Sequence record: PZ212788.1
Strand: one strand, 5' to 3'
DNA from: a phage
DNA: 64,000 nt
In this document: piece after piece, positions 11,158 through 20,707 of the stretch
Position numbering within the stretch: the stretch's first letter is position 1
Layout of the letters: every line of letters begins with the position of its first letter
Program-made: the position numbers and the translations under genes
Notes under the pieces: generated by a model
What the model was told of the DNA's origin: nothing
Seen by the model: only the letters and a program-made list of their open reading frames with translations
The model's database searches: none

Positions 11158-11186
11158 GCCCCGCTTCGGCGGGGTTTATTTTTATG
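11158..11186 (+). terminator. Rho-independent terminator
   Basis: GCCCCGC-TTCG-GCGGGG stem-loop followed by TTTATTTTTAT. Confidence 0.8.
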
Positions 11187-11192
11187 CTCAGA

Positions 11193-11221
11193 TTGACTAT
11201 TGTTACAAAATTTGGTAAAAT
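11193..11221 (+). promoter_or_regulatory. Sigma70-type promoter
   Basis: -35 TTGACT, 17-nt spacer, -10 TAAAAT preceded by TGG. Confidence 0.6.
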
Positions 11222-11254
11222 ACCTTGTAGAGATTTTCATACCGGAGGAGTGAC

Positions 11255-12745
11255 GTGGCTAAGTATGGATTGACAGAGGCTGGTTTCGTTATACCAACCC
11301 TAAATGACCTAATCGTTGAAACTAAGCAAAGCCTGATCCGTGCTTTTGGCGAAAACTTCAACGTACAGAGTAACTCCGTTGCAGATAAGCTGACCACTAT
11401 CTTCAACGAGCGAGAGTATCAACTTATTCTTATGGCAGCATCTGTATACGCATCACAGACGCTGTATGGGGCAGAAGGTATCTACCTAGATGAGCTTCTT
11501 GGAAGACAGGGTATTTACCGAAGAGGCCGTTCTAAATCATCAGGTACCTGCCAGTTGACAATCAACACAACTGTGCCGTACAATATGATTTATGATTCCA
11601 AAACTTATACGCTGGACAGTGGCAACTTTGTTCTTAGCAACGATGTGCAAGTAGCAGGGAATCTTATTGCTCACAGAATAAATGCTCCAGACCTAAGGAT
11701 TGGGAAATACAACTTCCAAATTACCAACCAGACAGATGGAAGTATCAAAACAAAAAGTCTGGTTTTAACAGATAAGTCTCTGGACTCTTCTGATTTGCCA
11801 AGCTTTTACGGAGAGATTAAGCAATTCATTGTCGATAATACAACCCTGTTGAACGACGATTTGATTCAGGTCGATATGTTGACAGGAACGTTGTGGATAG
11901 GGTACAATTCGAATCTTGATCAAGTTGGACTTAATAGTAGAGTAGATTTCAGAGTATCCCCGATTGTAGGGGAAAGAACTATCACCCTGGATGTTATCGC
12001 TAACGAGGCTGGTGAGCTGTCAAGAGAGGCAGAAACCGTGACAACAATGTCACCTACTCCCAGTGGATTTATCAAGCTTACCAACCGAGAAAGATTCAAC
12101 GAGGGCAGGGATGTTGAGAAAGATTCCGAGTATCGCTTAAGAGCTTCCAGCACAAAACAGTTAACATCGAAGGCTACCCGTCCTGCAATCCTTAGCGCTG
12201 TAAGCGAGGTGAAAGGTGTTGAGAAAGTGAGAGTGTTCTCCAACAACACTGATAAAACTGATGCTAAAGGTATACCTCCTTACAAGTTCCAAGTGGTTGT
12301 GTTTGGTGGTGCAACGGAGGACATTTGCCAAGCACTTTACCAAACTATAGCCTGTACGAACAGGACTTATGGTAATATTTTCTACGATGTCACTACATCT
12401 GACGGTCAAACTGAAAGAATTTATTACTCCAAGGCAAATACCTACCGCCTAGATGTAAGAATTACCTATTCCGGCGCTGCGCTTTCCACAACCGAAAAAG
12501 ATGCCATTGTAGAGGCTCTTTTGCAGGTTGTTAACGGACTGGATGTTGCAGATACGTTGTACAATATCCAATTGGTCGGTGCTGCATCCGCTGCTGTGTC
12601 GATAGGTAGATTTAATAGACTGGTAATTCAAGTTAAACCAGTAGGAGCTTCTGATGAAGCTTACACTACAAACGATATTGTTGCGAACATGACCGAGGTG
12701 TTTGACCTCGACGAAAGTAATATAACTTTCCAACAAACTATTTAA
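11255..12745 (+). CDS. Baseplate J-like protein (gp47 / P2 gpJ family)
   Basis: GTG start with RBS GGAGGAG; N-terminal AEGIYLDELLGRQGIYRRGRSKSSGTCQL matches the conserved GEYLDxL...G motif of Baseplate_J proteins. Confidence 0.6.
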   Translation: MAKYGLTEAGFVIPTLNDLIVETKQSLIRAFGENFNVQSNSVADKLTTIFNEREYQLILMAASVYASQTLYGAEGIYLDELLGRQGIYRRGRSKSSGTCQLTINTTVPYNMIYDSKTYTLDSGNFVLSNDVQVAGNLIAHRINAPDLRIGKYNFQITNQTDGSIKTKSLVLTDKSLDSSDLPSFYGEIKQFIVDNTTLLNDDLIQVDMLTGTLWIGYNSNLDQVGLNSRVDFRVSPIVGERTITLDVIANEAGELSREAETVTTMSPTPSGFIKLTNRERFNEGRDVEKDSEYRLRASSTKQLTSKATRPAILSAVSEVKGVEKVRVFSNNTDKTDAKGIPPYKFQVVVFGGATEDICQALYQTIACTNRTYGNIFYDVTTSDGQTERIYYSKANTYRLDVRITYSGAALSTTEKDAIVEALLQVVNGLDVADTLYNIQLVGAASAAVSIGRFNRLVIQVKPVGASDEAYTTNDIVANMTEVFDLDESNITFQQTI

Positions 12746-12756
12746 GGCGGCGAGAT

Positions 12757-13443
12757 ATGGCAGAGATTAAGTCGGATGTTAACCACATCCACACTCTGCC
12801 AGATTTTGTTCAGGGAGGTCTTGACTACCTGCCTGGAGATTTTCTGGCTGAGAAGGTTAATTTAGTCACATTCTTAACCGTATACCTTAAAAGGTTGGAG
12901 GATGTTGATAAGATGCTGGTAGGTTTGGCTGAAGGAAGATTGCTTAACAATGCCAGCGGAAGATACCTTGACGAAGTTGGTAATCAACTTGGTATTCTTA
13001 GGAATGGACTTTCAGATGCTGATTTTCGTGCCACACTAATTATTCAGCAGGCCGCAGCATCAAGGGGCGGGACTCGCGAAGATGTCATCTCCACCTTGCG
13101 ACAATTGTTCGGAAGAGACAATTTCGATACGTGGAAAGGAGACAACTTCAGGTTTGACATAAATATTAGAAAAACTTGCTTTGACATATTGCAGTCTATC
13201 GATCAGATCTTAGATATGCTACCATTGCCTTGTCATTTGCGTCTTACAGAATCGCAAGGGCAAGCTTTTGGTTTTGAAGGGGACTCTACAGCTCTTGGCT
13301 TCGGATCAGTATGGGAAGAAAACCAGTTTGGAGTTGGTGGGCTGGCTACTTTGCTGTATGTTCCTGACGTAAGACCTGATTGGGACACCACAACCATTTA
13401 TTGTGAAAGTATTACAGTAAACGCAACTAGACAGGAGGGTTAA
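12757..13443 (+). CDS. Baseplate/tail protein, hypothetical (228 aa)
   Basis: Follows baseplate J-like gene; stop overlaps next start. Confidence 0.4.
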   Translation: MAEIKSDVNHIHTLPDFVQGGLDYLPGDFLAEKVNLVTFLTVYLKRLEDVDKMLVGLAEGRLLNNASGRYLDEVGNQLGILRNGLSDADFRATLIIQQAAASRGGTREDVISTLRQLFGRDNFDTWKGDNFRFDINIRKTCFDILQSIDQILDMLPLPCHLRLTESQGQAFGFEGDSTALGFGSVWEENQFGVGGLATLLYVPDVRPDWDTTTIYCESITVNATRQEG

Positions 13444-15515
13444 TGGCAACAGCTGTTTTTAAACCTTACCGTGATTACTCTACAATGGCTGCACGGTTTC
13501 ATTACCGAACAGTTCAGGATACTGCCGTTCCTGGTAGGGATTATGATCATGTTGAGGGCGATGTAACTATCCCAGTTGGGGCAACCAGTATTGAGATCCC
13601 CGTGGAAATTGTTGACAAATTACCCAACAGGTTGCCAAGAAGCTTCTTTATGGAGTTTTCATCAAAATCTCAAGGGGTGATGATTGGAACACAAAGGGCG
13701 AAATGTACAATAGTTTCAGATGAGAATCTTGACAGGATATCTTGGGATACTGTTGAGGAGAGAATGTTTCACCCAAGATATTGGGTTACAACCACTCAGC
13801 AGACTGAAAGTACCTGTATTGTTGCAGATAACAACTGTTGTATTAACCGTTTAGTGTCAAGAACATATGGAGGTATGGCTGGGTGCATTTGGGAAACAGT
13901 TGACAAGTATGACCATTTCGGTATTGGGTTTGATGATCACTATGAGATGAGAAACACCAAGCTTTGGTTCAGAATGTCAATAACCAATGCCAGCAACTTC
14001 TCCACCCCTGAAAAGATGATTATGACTGTAGACCTTGTTGATGGCACAATCATCTATGTTCCTTTAGCTCAATATGCTGTCAGCATCTCAGAGGATAAGA
14101 ATGTTGCAGAGATTCATATTGATTTCGAGGACTGCGTCGGGATGGATCAGAACAACAACATGATGGGTGTTGATCCTCGACAGGTGAGAAGGATTTTAAT
14201 ACCGCTTATGCCTAAAGACTGGGTAAGTAATAGCACAGACCCGAGAACGGAAAATGTAGAGTGTGAGTTGCGCCTAGATCTGCTCCAGCCAGACACAGGC
14301 TGGAAAATGATGCAACTTAACAATATTCAGGTTAAAGAGCACGACGTTGGGATCTGCACCGCATATGACGATATGTGGAACGTATCTCCTTTAAGGGTGT
14401 TGAACAATATCAAGCGTCTGGGCTATACCGGAACCATAAACCATTATGTTGGTATGAGTCATTATTATGACTACACATGGTCAGGAACCCAATGGTCTAT
14501 AAACAGAACAGGGGCGCTAAACGCTGCAGCTTATAAATGGCATGATGATTTTATGTACAATGCCAAACGACATAACTTCGACGTTATGCAATCTGTAAGT
14601 TTTGAGCTTTTCAGCGATGCCTGCCCGTTGGAATGGACCCAAAGAGACTGGAACGATAACTACGCTAAAACAGGGTATACACCCTGTAGCTACCTCCTGT
14701 CTCCAACCATTGAAGAGGGTATGAATTTCCTTACTGCAGTATTTAAGAATTTTGCATCAGCCGCTATGAGAAACAACCTGCCAGTGATTATGCAGGTTGG
14801 TGAACCGTGGTGGTGGTACAATACCGATACTCGTAGACCTTGTATTTATGATTACCCTACAAAGCAGGCGTTTTATGATGAGACAGGTGAGTATGCATTA
14901 GATATTGGGACTATTGACGATCCTAAAACTGGCGGTGTTTACGACAAGTATGTAGCATTTTGTCGTGGTAAGCTTGGCGCTCGTATTGCGGCTATTTCAA
15001 AGGCAATAAAGGCACACGCTGCATCAGCTCAGATGACAGCTTTGCTGTTTTTCCCAACCATCATGGAAACCGAGCTTACGCAAAAGCTGAACCTTGCTGA
15101 CCAATATAAAAAGGAAGCAGGTGCTCTTGATTTCTTCTGCACCGAGTGCTACGATTGGGTGATGCAGGGAGGTATTGAAAAGGCAAAAGAGTCTGTAAAC
15201 ATACCTATCGTTAAGTTAGGTTGGCAACCGTCTGAAATACAATACCTTGCAGGGTTCGTTCCTAGTAAAGAGCTTGCTCCGGTATATGGCTACGACCCAA
15301 CCAGGAATTACCAAGAATTTTTATGGAGATGTATCTGCGGAAACATGGCAACCATAGAGTATAGATACCCTGAGGTAAAACAGTATGTGTGGGCATACCC
15401 GCAAGTAATGTCTGACAGCATCACTGTTACAGCCAGAGATTCTACCGTGCTTCATATGGGGCAGGTTGCTCTGAAAGGGTATGTAGAAGATGTTGTCCCT
15501 CCAGACTTCTCATAA
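13443..15515 (+). CDS. Tail fiber / tailspike-like protein (690 aa)
   Basis: Large Trp/Tyr-rich protein in fiber cluster; possible carbohydrate-active domain, unverified. Confidence 0.4.
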   Translation: MATAVFKPYRDYSTMAARFHYRTVQDTAVPGRDYDHVEGDVTIPVGATSIEIPVEIVDKLPNRLPRSFFMEFSSKSQGVMIGTQRAKCTIVSDENLDRISWDTVEERMFHPRYWVTTTQQTESTCIVADNNCCINRLVSRTYGGMAGCIWETVDKYDHFGIGFDDHYEMRNTKLWFRMSITNASNFSTPEKMIMTVDLVDGTIIYVPLAQYAVSISEDKNVAEIHIDFEDCVGMDQNNNMMGVDPRQVRRILIPLMPKDWVSNSTDPRTENVECELRLDLLQPDTGWKMMQLNNIQVKEHDVGICTAYDDMWNVSPLRVLNNIKRLGYTGTINHYVGMSHYYDYTWSGTQWSINRTGALNAAAYKWHDDFMYNAKRHNFDVMQSVSFELFSDACPLEWTQRDWNDNYAKTGYTPCSYLLSPTIEEGMNFLTAVFKNFASAAMRNNLPVIMQVGEPWWWYNTDTRRPCIYDYPTKQAFYDETGEYALDIGTIDDPKTGGVYDKYVAFCRGKLGARIAAISKAIKAHAASAQMTALLFFPTIMETELTQKLNLADQYKKEAGALDFFCTECYDWVMQGGIEKAKESVNIPIVKLGWQPSEIQYLAGFVPSKELAPVYGYDPTRNYQEFLWRCICGNMATIEYRYPEVKQYVWAYPQVMSDSITVTARDSTVLHMGQVALKGYVEDVVPPDFS

Positions 15516-15527
15516 TCAGGAGATAAA

Positions 15528-16568
15528 ATGTCAAAACCTAGTTTTCCATTAGAGATTTGGGCAGAGGAGGATCAGGTTCTGCCTAACACCCACAGACAGA
15601 ACAGGCTACGCCCGATTGATGATTTGTGGAGAAAAGGTTGGGATCTTGGTCAAAAGCCATCCTGTGAAGAACTTAACTATATTTTCAATATGCTCGGAAC
15701 TTGGGCAAAATACATTGCTGACGAGCAGATCCCCGCTCAAGAAGGCCGTTATCTGGTACGTGATAATAACTTGAGCGATCTTTTGAACATCCCTGTTGCC
15801 CGTAGAAACCTTGGGATTATCACTAAGGAAGAGGCAGACGCCAGGTATGTAAAAGTTACAGGTGATACAATGACAGGCCCCTTGGGGTTGCAACGTATCA
15901 ACTTTAAAGCTGCCGAGACAGATAAGGCTTGGATAGAGACAACTATTGGCCCAGATAAGACAACTCTCGACTTTGGGTTAAGTGATAATACCGGGTCGTT
16001 TGATGATGGTGGTACATCTACAGTAGATGCGTTTCGTTGGAGATTCCAGCCAACTCAGCCGGATATTAATCCAGAGTTCACTTTGATGTACCTTAACGCG
16101 ATCACGGCTAATCGTGCGCTGTTGAAAGTGGTAGGCAATGTTGAAGTTGTCGATAACATGAGGTGCAATAACCTTACTATCAGCAATACAGCAACATTCA
16201 CCAACTGTAATGTGGCTAGTCAGTTGACGGCTGGGTCAGTATATGTTAATGGTGGTGCAAGTTGTGACAGTATGGTTGTAAGAAGCCAGCACTGTGTTGT
16301 CGGTAACAGAAATGTGGTGCGCTCCGTGAATGGAGTGACGGCTAACGGTAACGGTGATGTAACGATCACTATCCCGCAGACAGGTGTGCAAGACATCAGA
16401 ATCGGTGCAAGACTTGTGGACGGCGTTTCTGAATCTCCAATCCGCAACGGCTACGTTGTCACAGGCTGGCATTTCGGTGACAAAAAAGAGATGCGTGGTT
16501 CAACCTACTGGGCAGGACCTTTACAAAAACTTGTAAATGGTCAATGGATCACTGTTAATTATGCATAG
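15528..16568 (+). CDS. Receptor-binding tail fiber protein, paralog A (346 aa)
   Basis: RBS AGGAGA; paralogous to 17583-18626 (shared NAITANRA, GNRNVVRSVNG, C-terminal KLVNGQWIT); followed by Tfa chaperone gene. Confidence 0.55.
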   Translation: MSKPSFPLEIWAEEDQVLPNTHRQNRLRPIDDLWRKGWDLGQKPSCEELNYIFNMLGTWAKYIADEQIPAQEGRYLVRDNNLSDLLNIPVARRNLGIITKEEADARYVKVTGDTMTGPLGLQRINFKAAETDKAWIETTIGPDKTTLDFGLSDNTGSFDDGGTSTVDAFRWRFQPTQPDINPEFTLMYLNAITANRALLKVVGNVEVVDNMRCNNLTISNTATFTNCNVASQLTAGSVYVNGGASCDSMVVRSQHCVVGNRNVVRSVNGVTANGNGDVTITIPQTGVQDIRIGARLVDGVSESPIRNGYVVTGWHFGDKKEMRGSTYWAGPLQKLVNGQWITVNYA

Positions 16569-16582
16569 ATCGGAGGACTAGC

Positions 16583-17167
16583 ATGAAAATACTTCAAGAG
16601 TTTAAACTTTACCAACCGGGATCTGGCGAATACCACTCCAACAAGGAAACCAAGGAGCTGACCCCTCAAGAGGTCGAGGATTACACCGCATACACTGGGT
16701 ATTTTTTACGTAATGATGATGGTGATTGGTATGTGCAGTCACGAACATTACGACAAGAAAATCCAGGGTGTATCTTCCTACTTGTTGACGAGAAGGGAAT
16801 TCTTAAGACATCTACAGAAGAACCTGATGCCTTATGGCCTGCTCCAGGTCTTCGTGTGGTTATCGCCAAAAAAGAAGAGGTACCAGAAAACATTATGCTT
16901 CACCACGACGCTTTGCGTTTAGTTGGTGATGAATTTGTCACAGACAATGAATTCTTTGTTCAACAGGCAGAGGGTGTCATAGAGACAGAACTTGCTTGGG
17001 CTACTGCTAGAATTGGTGCCTATCAAGACATGATTGACCTTGAATATGATCTTACTGATGACCAGAAACGTAACATCAGAGATTTGAAAATGTACAGGGT
17101 AAAACTTCTTGAAATAGATACATCTAAAGCCCCTGACATTTTCTTCCCGGAGCGACCTACCCTCTAA
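16583..17167 (+). CDS. Tail fiber assembly chaperone (Tfa family)
   Basis: C-terminal KMYRVKLLEIDTSKAPDIFFPERP matches the conserved Tfa C-terminal signature (YRV..L...DTS.APDI.WP). Confidence 0.7.
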   Translation: MKILQEFKLYQPGSGEYHSNKETKELTPQEVEDYTAYTGYFLRNDDGDWYVQSRTLRQENPGCIFLLVDEKGILKTSTEEPDALWPAPGLRVVIAKKEEVPENIMLHHDALRLVGDEFVTDNEFFVQQAEGVIETELAWATARIGAYQDMIDLEYDLTDDQKRNIRDLKMYRVKLLEIDTSKAPDIFFPERPTL

Positions 17168-17178
17168 GAGGAGGTGTT

Positions 17179-17493
17179 GTGGAGTTGGATTTGGCGGCAT
17201 TGTACGGTATCTGCATGGGTACCGTTGTCCCGATCTGTGTATGGGCTTTCAACCAGTGGCACACCAAATGGAAAGGCATTTCCAAGAGGTTGGATGAGCT
17301 GGAGAAAGACCTCATCTTAGTGAAAAACAGTATGGTTACAAAAGATAGACTTGATTCCGTTATCGAGACTCGGTTAAGCAAGCTAGAGGCCGATATTAAC
17401 GACCTTAAGCAGGATGTCAGGACAGATGTCTCCGGCATCCGAGCTGATGTACAAAAGATTTTGCACATGCTCGTAGAGCATAGTAAAAGGTAA
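17179..17493 (+). CDS. Membrane-anchored coiled-coil protein (104 aa)
   Basis: GTG start with RBS GAGGAGG; N-terminal hydrophobic segment LAALYGICMGTVVPICVWAF then heptad-rich region. Confidence 0.4.
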   Translation: MELDLAALYGICMGTVVPICVWAFNQWHTKWKGISKRLDELEKDLILVKNSMVTKDRLDSVIETRLSKLEADINDLKQDVRTDVSGIRADVQKILHMLVEHSKR

Positions 17494-17502
17494 ACAAAGG
17501 TC

Positions 17503-17536
17503 AGAACGGAAAGGACTCCGTTCTTGCATTTTGTTC
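17503..17536 (+). terminator. Rho-independent terminator
   Basis: GAACGGA-AAGGAC-TCCGTTC stem-loop followed by TTGCATTTTGTTC. Confidence 0.6.
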
Positions 17537-17552
17537 TCTAAAGTGTTAAAAT
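17524..17552 (+). promoter_or_regulatory. Sigma70-type promoter for fiber paralog B
   Basis: -35 TTGCAT, 17-nt spacer, -10 TAAAAT; overlaps terminator 3' arm. Confidence 0.55.
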
Positions 17553-17582
17553 AGTCCTAAGGAATTTTCTCAGGAGAACGTG

Positions 17583-18626
17583 ATGACTAAACCAGTTATC
17601 CCTCTTGATATTTGGGCCAATCAGGATGTTGTGCTTGAAAATACGGGAGAGTTGAATAAGTCTCAACCAAAAAAAGAAGAGAGATTGAAAGGTTGGGATA
17701 TGACACAAAGAATGGCATGTGAAGTTGTTAACTTTGAACTTCACATGCTTTCTGCGTGGTTGAAGCATTTAACAGAAGATGTTGTCCCAGGATGGGATAA
17801 TAGATTCTTAAAGGTCACTAATAATCTAGCAGACGTTCCAGACAAAGCTGCTGCACGTCAAGTTCTCAATGTATACTCACCTGAAGAAATGGACGATCTA
17901 TATGTTGACAAGTCTGGAGACATAATGACTCAGACTCAAACTTTAGGTCTCCAAAGAATCGAGTTTGCATCTGCGTCAACAGACAGTGCGGCAATATATA
18001 CCACCATAACGCCAGACAAGACGACGATGGATTTCTGGATTATGGACAACATCGGTGGTGCTGACGGCACAGACCTTGATGATCCTTCTCACCAAATAGA
18101 CGGGTTCCGTTGGAGATTTCAACCTTCTGGTGGGCAGCCTGTGTTTTCGGCTATGAAGCTCAATGCTATAACTGCCAACCGTGCAAGACTGGCTATCCAA
18201 GGAAATCTTGAATGCAACGATGCAAAAAGTTCCTCTGCAAATGCCAATGCGGTCACGATACCAAGAGCCACTGTTAACGGACAACAATCCTGCGGAAGCG
18301 CTCAAATAGGTGGAAGAGTTGATTGTAACGATGAAACCGTTAGAGGCCAATATGCAACCGTTGGTGGAAGAAACGTGGTCCGCAGGGTAAACGGTAACAG
18401 CGCAGACGGTAGTGGTAACCTTACTGTCCCTATGCCCAGTAGAGGGGTTGACGATGTAAGGATAGCAAACCGTTTCAAAACCACCTACAGAGAGTCAAGA
18501 GTCTACCCTGGACATGTGATGTGCTCTGGTAACTACGCTTATAAACACCCTTATCAAGGTGATTACTGGACAGGTGCTATCCAAAAACTTGTAAACGGTC
18601 AATGGATCACTATATCTTATGCTTAA
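17583..18626 (+). CDS. Receptor-binding tail fiber protein, paralog B (347 aa)
   Basis: ATG 17583 with RBS AGGAGA; paralog of 15528-16568; last 30 nt nearly identical to paralog A 3' end. Confidence 0.55.
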   Translation: MTKPVIPLDIWANQDVVLENTGELNKSQPKKEERLKGWDMTQRMACEVVNFELHMLSAWLKHLTEDVVPGWDNRFLKVTNNLADVPDKAAARQVLNVYSPEEMDDLYVDKSGDIMTQTQTLGLQRIEFASASTDSAAIYTTITPDKTTMDFWIMDNIGGADGTDLDDPSHQIDGFRWRFQPSGGQPVFSAMKLNAITANRARLAIQGNLECNDAKSSSANANAVTIPRATVNGQQSCGSAQIGGRVDCNDETVRGQYATVGGRNVVRRVNGNSADGSGNLTVPMPSRGVDDVRIANRFKTTYRESRVYPGHVMCSGNYAYKHPYQGDYWTGAIQKLVNGQWITISYA

Positions 18627-18637
18627 AAAGAGGGTAA

Positions 18638-18904
18638 ATGAAACTAACTCAGTTTTTATGGGGACTGGTTGCGGCATCTGATGACCCTACGAAAGTATCC
18701 CAATCTAAGCTATGGTCGAACATAGGCATGGCGGTGATGACTGGGGTGTTTATTCATATGGGGTATAATGATACGCTTCCTGAATGGTATGCGTGGATAT
18801 ATGCACCTTCAGTAGCCTGCCCCCAGCTTATTAGCAAATTCATCTCGCTCCGGTGGGGTTGCCAGCACCCTGACCACGTTAAAAACGAAGAGCAAAAAGC
18901 TTAA
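18638..18904 (+). CDS. Small hydrophobic protein (88 aa)
   Basis: RBS AGAGGG; hydrophobic core IGMAVMTGVFIHMGY; sits where a fiber chaperone or accessory gene would be expected. Confidence 0.35.
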   Translation: MKLTQFLWGLVAASDDPTKVSQSKLWSNIGMAVMTGVFIHMGYNDTLPEWYAWIYAPSVACPQLISKFISLRWGCQHPDHVKNEEQKA

Positions 18905-18913
18905 GGAGAAATC

Positions 18914-20659
18914 ATGGCGCAAGACATGACAAGCTTCGAGCAGGCGGTAGATCAAGTAATTGTTGATTCTGAACGTTTGCACTTGATTGTCAACGGTAAC
19001 GCTGTGGATGAAGTTGTCGTAGAGGATGGGACCACTATCCCTACGGTACGAAAAGCCATGCTTGACACCCTTTATTTTAAAACGCCACCAATCCCTTGGG
19101 CGTATGGTGCATCCACAACAGTTTTTAACCAGTTGTATGAGTTTAAAGGGGATACAGGCACTCAGTGGTGGTACGCCCCAGCAGCATCAAAATCTAACCC
19201 GGTTAGAATGCCAGCAGATCCTTCACAATCTCCAAACTGGAGATTATACACCGACTCTGCAGTAATGGCAAAATACTACGCAAAACTTAACAGCCCAAGG
19301 TTCGAAGGTGACCCGCGAGTACCTACACCTCCAATGGACGACAAATCCGAGTCTATAGCAAACACAGAGTTTGTTGTTGACTATGTGGATAGCATATTTG
19401 AAGCCATGGAGGGAATGAAAGTTACTGTAGGGTCTTTGGTGGTAAAAGGTCTTACAGAACTTGCTAACACTATAGTTGGTGGCACACTCACCTTACATGG
19501 GCCTGTTAATGGAGCAGATTCTACTGCACGCTTCAGGAACCTAATCCTCACGGCAAATACTTCTACACTTACTTTTGCGTGGAGTGATCCTAAGCATGCA
19601 GACTGGAGAAGCACAGAGCTGCAACCTCATGAAGTGTCCACCCACAGGGTTATAGCTGACACTATAACTTCTGGGAAACCAGTGGCTAATAATAACGATG
19701 TGCATTTTGATGGTCTAGGTAATAACTTTTTTGACTACGTGTACATTCGTGGTAATGCCATGAAGGCAGCAACCGAACCGACATTGCAGGTAGATGGAAC
19801 CACCAGGGTTAAGAACCTTGAGGTGACAGGCACTGTTACAGGGATAACCTACTCTGTCGATGGCACCATGATTTACCCTAGCTATATTGAAAGCACGGGG
19901 GACGCATTAATAAATGGTGATTTAGAAGTTGGCGGATCTGTAGTTATTCGAGGTACAGCCTCTATCCAAAACATAGCTCTGAATACCCTAAGAGTCAATG
20001 AGCGTGCAACTTTTGAAGGGGAAGGGCTTACAGCCAACAAAGGTGTAATTACCGAGCTGACAACCACTACTTTAACTGCAACAACTGCAAACTCTGAAAA
20101 CTGCAACGTTACCAGAAACTTGCAGGTAAATGGAGATGTTAGTTTAAACGCAGCAGGGACGGGCACCACCTACCTTCACAACCTTGAAATATCCGGCACA
20201 GTGACTGGGTGGCTGCCAGACTTCTCTAATGTCAACTTTGTTTGTAATGGCATTAACTCCAGTGGCAAGATAACCACCTCTCAAGAAATTGAGGCGGGTA
20301 AAACCATTACTGCCCCTACTTTCCACGCAGGAAAGGTAGATTTTGATTTAGAGGAGGTTGACGCGTCCAGTGGGACATGGACACCTAACGGGCAGGCCAG
20401 TATGTATGTTGTCCACGCGAAAGGGGATTTTACAATAGGACAATGGCCTGGTACATCAGCGGAAGATAAACCTTATCCATTCACTGCGGTTATCTATGTC
20501 ATTCAGGATGCTGTAGGTCACAACGTGACTTTGCACGATAAGTATGCTATCCTGTCGGCAACGCCTGTTATTAATAACAAGGCTAATAGTGTTACCTTGC
20601 TGCAATTAACATATTGTGGTGTTGGTGATATCGTAGACGTAGTAATTGCACAACGTTAA
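18914..20659 (+). CDS. Tail fiber protein (581 aa)
   Basis: RBS AAGGAGA; N-terminal LNSPRFEGDPRVPTPPMDDKSESIANTEFV resembles the conserved SPxFxGxPxAPT...IANTxFV motif of T4 gp34/37-type fibers. Confidence 0.6.
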   Translation: MAQDMTSFEQAVDQVIVDSERLHLIVNGNAVDEVVVEDGTTIPTVRKAMLDTLYFKTPPIPWAYGASTTVFNQLYEFKGDTGTQWWYAPAASKSNPVRMPADPSQSPNWRLYTDSAVMAKYYAKLNSPRFEGDPRVPTPPMDDKSESIANTEFVVDYVDSIFEAMEGMKVTVGSLVVKGLTELANTIVGGTLTLHGPVNGADSTARFRNLILTANTSTLTFAWSDPKHADWRSTELQPHEVSTHRVIADTITSGKPVANNNDVHFDGLGNNFFDYVYIRGNAMKAATEPTLQVDGTTRVKNLEVTGTVTGITYSVDGTMIYPSYIESTGDALINGDLEVGGSVVIRGTASIQNIALNTLRVNERATFEGEGLTANKGVITELTTTTLTATTANSENCNVTRNLQVNGDVSLNAAGTGTTYLHNLEISGTVTGWLPDFSNVNFVCNGINSSGKITTSQEIEAGKTITAPTFHAGKVDFDLEEVDASSGTWTPNGQASMYVVHAKGDFTIGQWPGTSAEDKPYPFTAVIYVIQDAVGHNVTLHDKYAILSATPVINNKANSVTLLQLTYCGVGDIVDVVIAQR

Positions 20660-20667
20660 TATATCTA

Positions 20668-20693
20668 ACCGCTCCTGACGGGGCGGTTTTCTT
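20668..20693 (+). terminator. Rho-independent terminator
   Basis: CCGCTCC-TGAC-GGGGCGG stem-loop followed by TTTTCTT. Confidence 0.65.
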
Positions 20694-20707
20694 ATCTGGA
20701 GAACACA

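Noticed and set aside
5682-17552. A phage-specific late promoter motif TAAAATAG upstream of tail genes
   Set aside because: Each copy has a sigma70-like -35 hexamer at 17-nt spacing (TTGCGT, TTGACT, TTGCAT), and the same -10 recurs at 53222 in the early region, so they are better read as ordinary sigma70-type promoters.
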